A DNA stretch of 12,028 nucleotides, from NCBI GenBank assembly GCA_041946805.1, contig JBHGBC010000177.1, forward strand, positions 1 to 12,028, read 5' to 3'. Made by a program: the position numbers and the translations under genes. This DNA is from a bacterium (GTDB taxonomy: Bacteria > Hinthialibacterota > Hinthialibacteria > Hinthialibacterales > Hinthialibacteraceae). This document shows, piece after piece, positions 7,457 through 12,028 of this stretch; the stretch's first letter is position 1, and each line of letters opens with the position of its first letter. The notes under the pieces are model-generated. The model had not been told where the DNA came from. It worked only from the letters and a program-made list of their open reading frames with translations, and did not search any database.

Positions 7457-10400
7457 ATGACTCTACGTTTAAGCGACGTCGTGTCGTTCAGAGGCGACCG
7501 GTTGTTCAATGGCGCGGTCAACATGGATTGGTTTGGGACCGACGAAGAAAGAACCCATACCGCTGCCGGTGCTTTTATTTTCCACGGTCCGGAGTATCAC
7601 GGAGTAACCCAGGCTGATGTCGGGATCGAACATGGCCACCGCCTTCAAGACACCGCGGAGTTCGCTCACTCGATCGTGCGCCGGTGCTATGGATTGGAGG
7701 ACCAGCCCTTTACTTTGGCGATCGCCGGCTATGGCACCGGCAAGTCACACCTCGGCCTCACACTTGCTGCCTTGCTTAGCGACCCCGAAGGAGAGACGGC
7801 GCAGGTTGTCTTGAACGGGATTGAAGAGGCGGACCGGGGAATCGGAAACGAGATCCGCGCGGCGTTGCGCGAAGCAGGGCAGCCGTGTTTGGTTGTGGCG
7901 TTAAACGGCATGCAGAGCTTCGACCTGACCACCGAGGTCATGCGGCAGATTATCCTTCAGATCAAGCGATGTGGCCTCGATACCCGTCCCCTGGATGAAC
8001 TTCGACCTCGCTTTTCCCAGGCTGCCAGCCTGATCCGCATGGCCAATCAAGATGTCATTCAAGAACTGGTTGCGGCATGCGATGTGGAGGACATCCAAGT
8101 CGTGCTGGCGGGTTTGGACCGGCAAGAGGAACGGATCTACAGCCAGGTCCATGATCTCTTCGCATCCAAAGGGATGCCCATCGCGGCTCTCCGGGGCGAA
8201 TCGGTTCGCGACGTCATAGACGTTACGGTTCGGGAATATTGTGGAACGGAAAAACCGTACCGGACCCTGTTGATCCTCTTTGACGAATTCGGACGGTATA
8301 TGGAATTCGCCACCATCCGCAGTCCGATCGCTGGAAGCGGTGTTCTTCAGGATCTTTTCGAAAGCGTTCAAGCCCATGGAAACGCGGCTTGTTTTACGGG
8401 TTTTATTCAGTTTGAGTTGAATACCTATGTTCAACGGATTGCTTCGGAGTATCGGAACGAGATCTTGCGATATGTTACGCGCTACCAATCTGCCCACCGC
8501 GTGTACCTATCCATCAATCTGGAAACCCTCATCGCGAACCTTTTCGAAAAGCGTTCCCCCGAAATCTTGGACCGGTGGTTTGATAATCAAGAAGCCAAGG
8601 ATGAATCCAAGGAAATAGGGATCAACCTCGCCCGCTGGTTTCCCCAAGTGCGGAATCACAGGCTCTGGGGAGATCCCCAATTGTTTCATACGATTATCCG
8701 GAAGGGGTGTTGGCCGCTGTCGCCGTATTCGACATGGTTCTTGTTCCACCTGGCGGCGGCCGGGAAACACTTGCAAGGACGATCCGCTCTGGCCTTGCTC
8801 GGGGATGTTGTTGACCGCTTTAAAAGGCACTCCATGTCCGATGAGGGCTCCTGGTCACTTGCGCCCGCCGATTTCTGGTCGGATGCCCTGCAACAGGAAC
8901 TCATTAACTCGGAAGAAAGCGGCCAGCAAGGATCCATTACCAACGCCTACGCCTCGGTGGAAGCCCGCCATGGAGCCCAATTGACGGACGAACTGAGACG
9001 CTTGCTCCGGGCCGTCGTCTTGGCTTCCAAGATGGGATTGAAGGCCTCCCAGCGGGGGGACGCGGTCCAAGCCCTCGCGGAACTGGCGGGCCGGGATTTT
9101 CAAACGGCGGATAACGGCCTTCGTCTCCTCCAGGAGGAATACAATGTTCTGGATTGGGACGAAAGGTTCAAGGAATTCGATATCCTCGGGGAGGCGGTCC
9201 CTCGAACCCAATTCCTGTCCTTTGTGCGGCAGCGCGTCGCCAGCACCTATGACGAGGCCGGAAAGGCGAGTCTCTTCGCCAGCAAGTCGCCGGCCTGGTG
9301 CGATCTCCTCGGGGATATGGAGTGTGATTTCGCCGAGGAAAGCAAGATCACCACGCGCGAATGGCGGTATCAAGGCGTCACTTCAAGCCTGGATCTTTTG
9401 CCGATGCATGTGAAATTAGCCTCGGACCGCTGGGCTGGCGCCGTGGGGGTGGATGAACCGCGGGGAACCATCATCTATTGCTACGTCGAACCAAGCCGGG
9501 ATTTGGACCTTCTTGATGCTGAGATCAAGAAGATCTTGCGCGCCGCGGCCCGGGAGGCCGGTGTTTCAGCCATCCCGATACTCGTTGTCTTGTTGGTCGA
9601 TACGGAAGGAGTCTTGGGACAAGCGCTGGCGGAACTGGCGGTGCTGGATGGTTCCCTCAGCGAGGAGGACCGGTTACGTTTTGGCAATTTAATCCCGGCA
9701 CACAACGAGAAAAATCGCCAGGTCGTGCGGACTCAAATCGAAAACATGATCAAACAGCGCCGCTACCTTGCCGGCTTCAAGGAACCCCTCGAAGCGCAAA
9801 GATTAAACCGCGTGGGGACGGAAATCTTTTCCCGCATTTACAAAAATCCAGTGCCTTTTCCGTTCGATGGCTTCAACACAACCCGGGGCAATGCCGCGGA
9901 CTCGTGTCAAGGACTGACCACGGAACTGCTGCTCGGTAAACTCGATTATGATTCCGTGCTGAGCATGCCGGTGATGGTTAGGAATAGAGCCATCACGGTT
10001 CTGAAGGAAAGTTGGGGGATCTTTGGGAACCATGGGGATGTGCGGAAACGGCCGGCGCATCCTTTGATCAAGGCATTGACGGAGAAATGGGATGACCAGC
10101 TGAACTCAGAGAAACGCTGTTTATCCATCTCAGAGGTTGTCAATCAGTTATGCAGGCCTCCTTGCGGCGCCAATCTCGCCTCGGCAGGACTGTTTTTGGG
10201 CGTTTTCATTGCGCCCCGGCTGGAAAAACTGGTTATTGTCCGCAACGGTCAGCAAGTTGCTGTTGCCCAATGGCTTCAAGATGGCGTGTTCAGAAACAGA
10301 CTCATCGACATGGGAAGGCTTCACGATGTTGATTTGCTATTACTGGGCGAGGAATCTTCTGAATGGGAAATCCTGTTGGAAGAATGGGAGCAGGCGGAGA

Positions 10401-11740
10401 GTTATTCCGCGAGAAAAAACTGCCTTATCCGCGCCAACGATTTGAAACAGCGTATTCCGGTCCCGCCTGCTCTTGTTTTTCGGGAACAATATTTTCAAGA
10501 GCAAGGAAAAGCCGCCGTGCAGGCGATGGAGGCGATGGATAAGCAACAGAACAAAGCGATTCAAAAAATGGAAGCGGGGATTGAAAAAGGCGATGTGGGT
10601 TTGCTCTCGTGGGGGGCGGCGGAGTTGTACGATCTCGTGGCCCGGATGACAAAAGAAAAGCCGTTGTGGACCGATCATCAAATTGCCGAAATGCAGCCTT
10701 TTTTAGAGCGCGCGCGTCCGGCCATTATCCATTATTTCCCGGACTGGTTGGCTGACCAGTCTCCCCGGGACGATACCCTCGCGGCCGTCGGGGATTTCAA
10801 GAACAGAATGCTCCATAAGATAGGAGGCAATCTAAGTAAATTGGGTCTTGACGATCTTCTTCAAGAACTCCAGACGTGGACCGGTCAGATGATTCGGACA
10901 GTCGAAACCGCCGCGGAAGCGCTTCAATTGATCCGGGATGTTCGCTCCTGGCTAACCTTGCATGGCGATACAGCCCGAATGGTCCGAATTGCCGAAATCC
11001 GTGATCTCCGGGATCAAGGCCAAAATTACACGGCAAAACTTCGCGGCATGTCTCAACGCATCCAAATGCCCGAACTGGGCGAAATCCGTGCTCAACTCTC
11101 CGAGGCATTGACTCGAATGAAAAAGACTGACGAGGAGATTATGAAACGAGCGGAGCGTTTGTGGAAATCTAAAATCCGCCGTAAAGAAGATTTGGAATCA
11201 ATCCTCGATGAAGTCAACGCGCTTATAGCCGTCTTTGAAAACTGTCCCACGGATCTGTCTGATTTTCAATTGATGCAACACACTCTGCGGATGTATCAAA
11301 AACACTTTGATATGTTGGAGAATGAACACCTGACCTGGCCGGAATTCGAAGACTTGACGAATAGCCTGATCCAGCAAGCGGAAGATAGCCTGGGTGAAGA
11401 TACGGTACCTTGGCCTCCTCAAGAAACTATCGAGAAATATGCTGTAGCAATATCAAAACGGCGCCAAGAAGCTGGCTCATCATGGATTGAATCAGTTGAA
11501 TCTGAGGTGGCTCGAATTTCATCCATGTCTGTAACGGACGCCAGTCGCCTTCATACCCGGGTAAGTGCCCCTCCCGCAGTACTCACCGACCAACACGCTA
11601 AACGCCTGGCGATGATGATCCCTAAAATCGAAAATCGTCTCAATGAACTAAAACTGGAGTGGCTAGTGGAAAAATTCAAAGATTTGTCGGCCTCCTTGCG
11701 GAAGAAATTTATTCAACTCATCACGGAAATGGAACTTTAA
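7457..11740 (+). CDS. SspC/BrxC(PglY)-like large P-loop ATPase with long alpha-helical C-terminal region, 1427 aa
   Basis: Walker A AGYGTGKSH (7724-7750); Walker B LLILFDEFGRYME (from 8267); LQDLFE; RYVTRY (8468-8485, probable arginine-finger region); WPLSP (8711-8725, cf. YPLHP); QGRS (8774-8785); LCRPPCG (cf. L..PPYG, PPCG 10157-10168). The YGxGKSH / DEFGxYxE pattern and the position directly after a DUF4007 gene are typical of SspC/BrxC ATPases. Confidence 0.75.
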   Translation: MTLRLSDVVSFRGDRLFNGAVNMDWFGTDEERTHTAAGAFIFHGPEYHGVTQADVGIEHGHRLQDTAEFAHSIVRRCYGLEDQPFTLAIAGYGTGKSHLGLTLAALLSDPEGETAQVVLNGIEEADRGIGNEIRAALREAGQPCLVVALNGMQSFDLTTEVMRQIILQIKRCGLDTRPLDELRPRFSQAASLIRMANQDVIQELVAACDVEDIQVVLAGLDRQEERIYSQVHDLFASKGMPIAALRGESVRDVIDVTVREYCGTEKPYRTLLILFDEFGRYMEFATIRSPIAGSGVLQDLFESVQAHGNAACFTGFIQFELNTYVQRIASEYRNEILRYVTRYQSAHRVYLSINLETLIANLFEKRSPEILDRWFDNQEAKDESKEIGINLARWFPQVRNHRLWGDPQLFHTIIRKGCWPLSPYSTWFLFHLAAAGKHLQGRSALALLGDVVDRFKRHSMSDEGSWSLAPADFWSDALQQELINSEESGQQGSITNAYASVEARHGAQLTDELRRLLRAVVLASKMGLKASQRGDAVQALAELAGRDFQTADNGLRLLQEEYNVLDWDERFKEFDILGEAVPRTQFLSFVRQRVASTYDEAGKASLFASKSPAWCDLLGDMECDFAEESKITTREWRYQGVTSSLDLLPMHVKLASDRWAGAVGVDEPRGTIIYCYVEPSRDLDLLDAEIKKILRAAAREAGVSAIPILVVLLVDTEGVLGQALAELAVLDGSLSEEDRLRFGNLIPAHNEKNRQVVRTQIENMIKQRRYLAGFKEPLEAQRLNRVGTEIFSRIYKNPVPFPFDGFNTTRGNAADSCQGLTTELLLGKLDYDSVLSMPVMVRNRAITVLKESWGIFGNHGDVRKRPAHPLIKALTEKWDDQLNSEKRCLSISEVVNQLCRPPCGANLASAGLFLGVFIAPRLEKLVIVRNGQQVAVAQWLQDGVFRNRLIDMGRLHDVDLLLLGEESSEWEILLEEWEQAESYSARKNCLIRANDLKQRIPVPPALVFREQYFQEQGKAAVQAMEAMDKQQNKAIQKMEAGIEKGDVGLLSWGAAELYDLVARMTKEKPLWTDHQIAEMQPFLERARPAIIHYFPDWLADQSPRDDTLAAVGDFKNRMLHKIGGNLSKLGLDDLLQELQTWTGQMIRTVETAAEALQLIRDVRSWLTLHGDTARMVRIAEIRDLRDQGQNYTAKLRGMSQRIQMPELGEIRAQLSEALTRMKKTDEEIMKRAERLWKSKIRRKEDLESILDEVNALIAVFENCPTDLSDFQLMQHTLRMYQKHFDMLENEHLTWPEFEDLTNSLIQQAEDSLGEDTVPWPPQETIEKYAVAISKRRQEAGSSWIESVESEVARISSMSVTDASRLHTRVSAPPAVLTDQHAKRLAMMIPKIENRLNELKLEWLVEKFKDLSASLRKKFIQLITEMEL

Positions 11741-11859
11741 TGATAGACTTCAAATTTCCTTAGAGAACCGTCAGATTCTGGCCGTTCCCATGAATAATAC
11801 TGGGAGTGCACGGGTTGGTAGAGATTTTGGTGGCTCGCAATGGCATATAATCTTTCTTT

Positions 11860-11873
11860 GTAACAAATCACCC
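11860..11873. repeat. Right terminal inverted repeat of the IS66 element (length approximate); candidate 8-bp target duplication CTTTCTTT at 11852-11859
   Basis: A GTAAC terminus directly follows the transposase stop. The partner repeat is outside the window, so the IR length and target duplication cannot be confirmed. Confidence 0.6.
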
Positions 11874-12026
11874 TTCTGAAGTGCGGATAGGCGGTAAAGG
11901 CGGCAAGTGACCGGTGTGGACGAACTCCCGTAGGGCCGCAACGAGAGACGCGATGGGATTGTAGCCGCGCTGTTTCAAGGTCTGGAAAACGATCATCAAA
12001 ACCCCTTGGGTCATCGCGCCCTCATC
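11868..12026 (-). CDS. IS66-family transposase, C-terminal 52 aa (5' partial)
   Basis: Manual minus-strand translation gives DEGAMTQGVLMIVFQTLKQRGYNPIASLVAALREFVHTGHLPPLPPIRTSEG*. This matches the IS66 C-terminal pattern 'GA.T.A.LMS+..TL+.RG.NP'. It is absent from the supplied ORF track. Confidence 0.82.
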   Translation of the reverse strand, partial: DEGAMTQGVLMIVFQTLKQRGYNPIASLVAALREFVHTGHLPPLPPIRTSEG

Positions 12027-12028
12027 GC

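Larger units (their letters stand above)
11860..12028 (-). mobile_element. IS66-family insertion sequence, right end (partial; probably the single-ORF ISBst12-like subgroup)
   Basis: The terminal sequence GTAACAAATCACCC at 11860 has the GTAA end typical of IS66. The transposase stop codon lies inside this terminal repeat (minus strand GGGTGATTTGTTAC). The element continues beyond the window. Confidence 0.8.

Noticed and set aside
7457..11740. Calling the locus a canonical BREX system
   Set aside because: No PglZ, PglX or BrxL gene is present in the window; only the BrxC-like ATPase and DUF4007 are shared with BREX.
11782..11813. Possible hairpin TCCCA-N10-TGGGA as an intrinsic terminator
   Set aside because: The core stem is only 5 bp with a 10-nt loop and no adjacent U-tract, too weak to call.
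1..12028. CRISPR array, tRNA/rRNA, or retron-type ncRNA
   Set aside because: The window is ~98% coding with a single ~120-bp spacer, and I saw no periodic direct repeats or structured RNA signatures.

Overview
The window is almost entirely one + strand, translationally coupled four-gene cluster that looks like a phosphorothioate (PT)/BREX-related anti-phage defence locus. The genes are: (1) a 5'-truncated DptG/DndG/SspG-like protein (<2..1345); (2) a 1754-aa DptH/DndH/SspH-like protein with an internal PD-(D/E)XK nuclease motif and a C-terminal HerA/FtsK-like ATPase (1342..6606); (3) a DUF4007/SspB-like winged-helix protein (probably 6599..7447, GTG start); (4) a 1427-aa SspC/BrxC(PglY)-like P-loop ATPase with a long helical tail (7457..11740). 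After a ~120-bp spacer, the right end of an IS66-family element enters on the - strand (terminal GTAAC at 11860, transposase C-terminus 11868..>12028); the ORF track missed it. No PAPS-reductase (SspD/BrxP/DndC), cysteine desulfurase, methyltransferase or PglZ gene is visible. The main candidate novelty is an 'FGH-type' restriction module coupled directly to divergent SspB/SspC-like genes, with no modification enzyme following. Family assignments come from motif recognition by eye, not from database searches.
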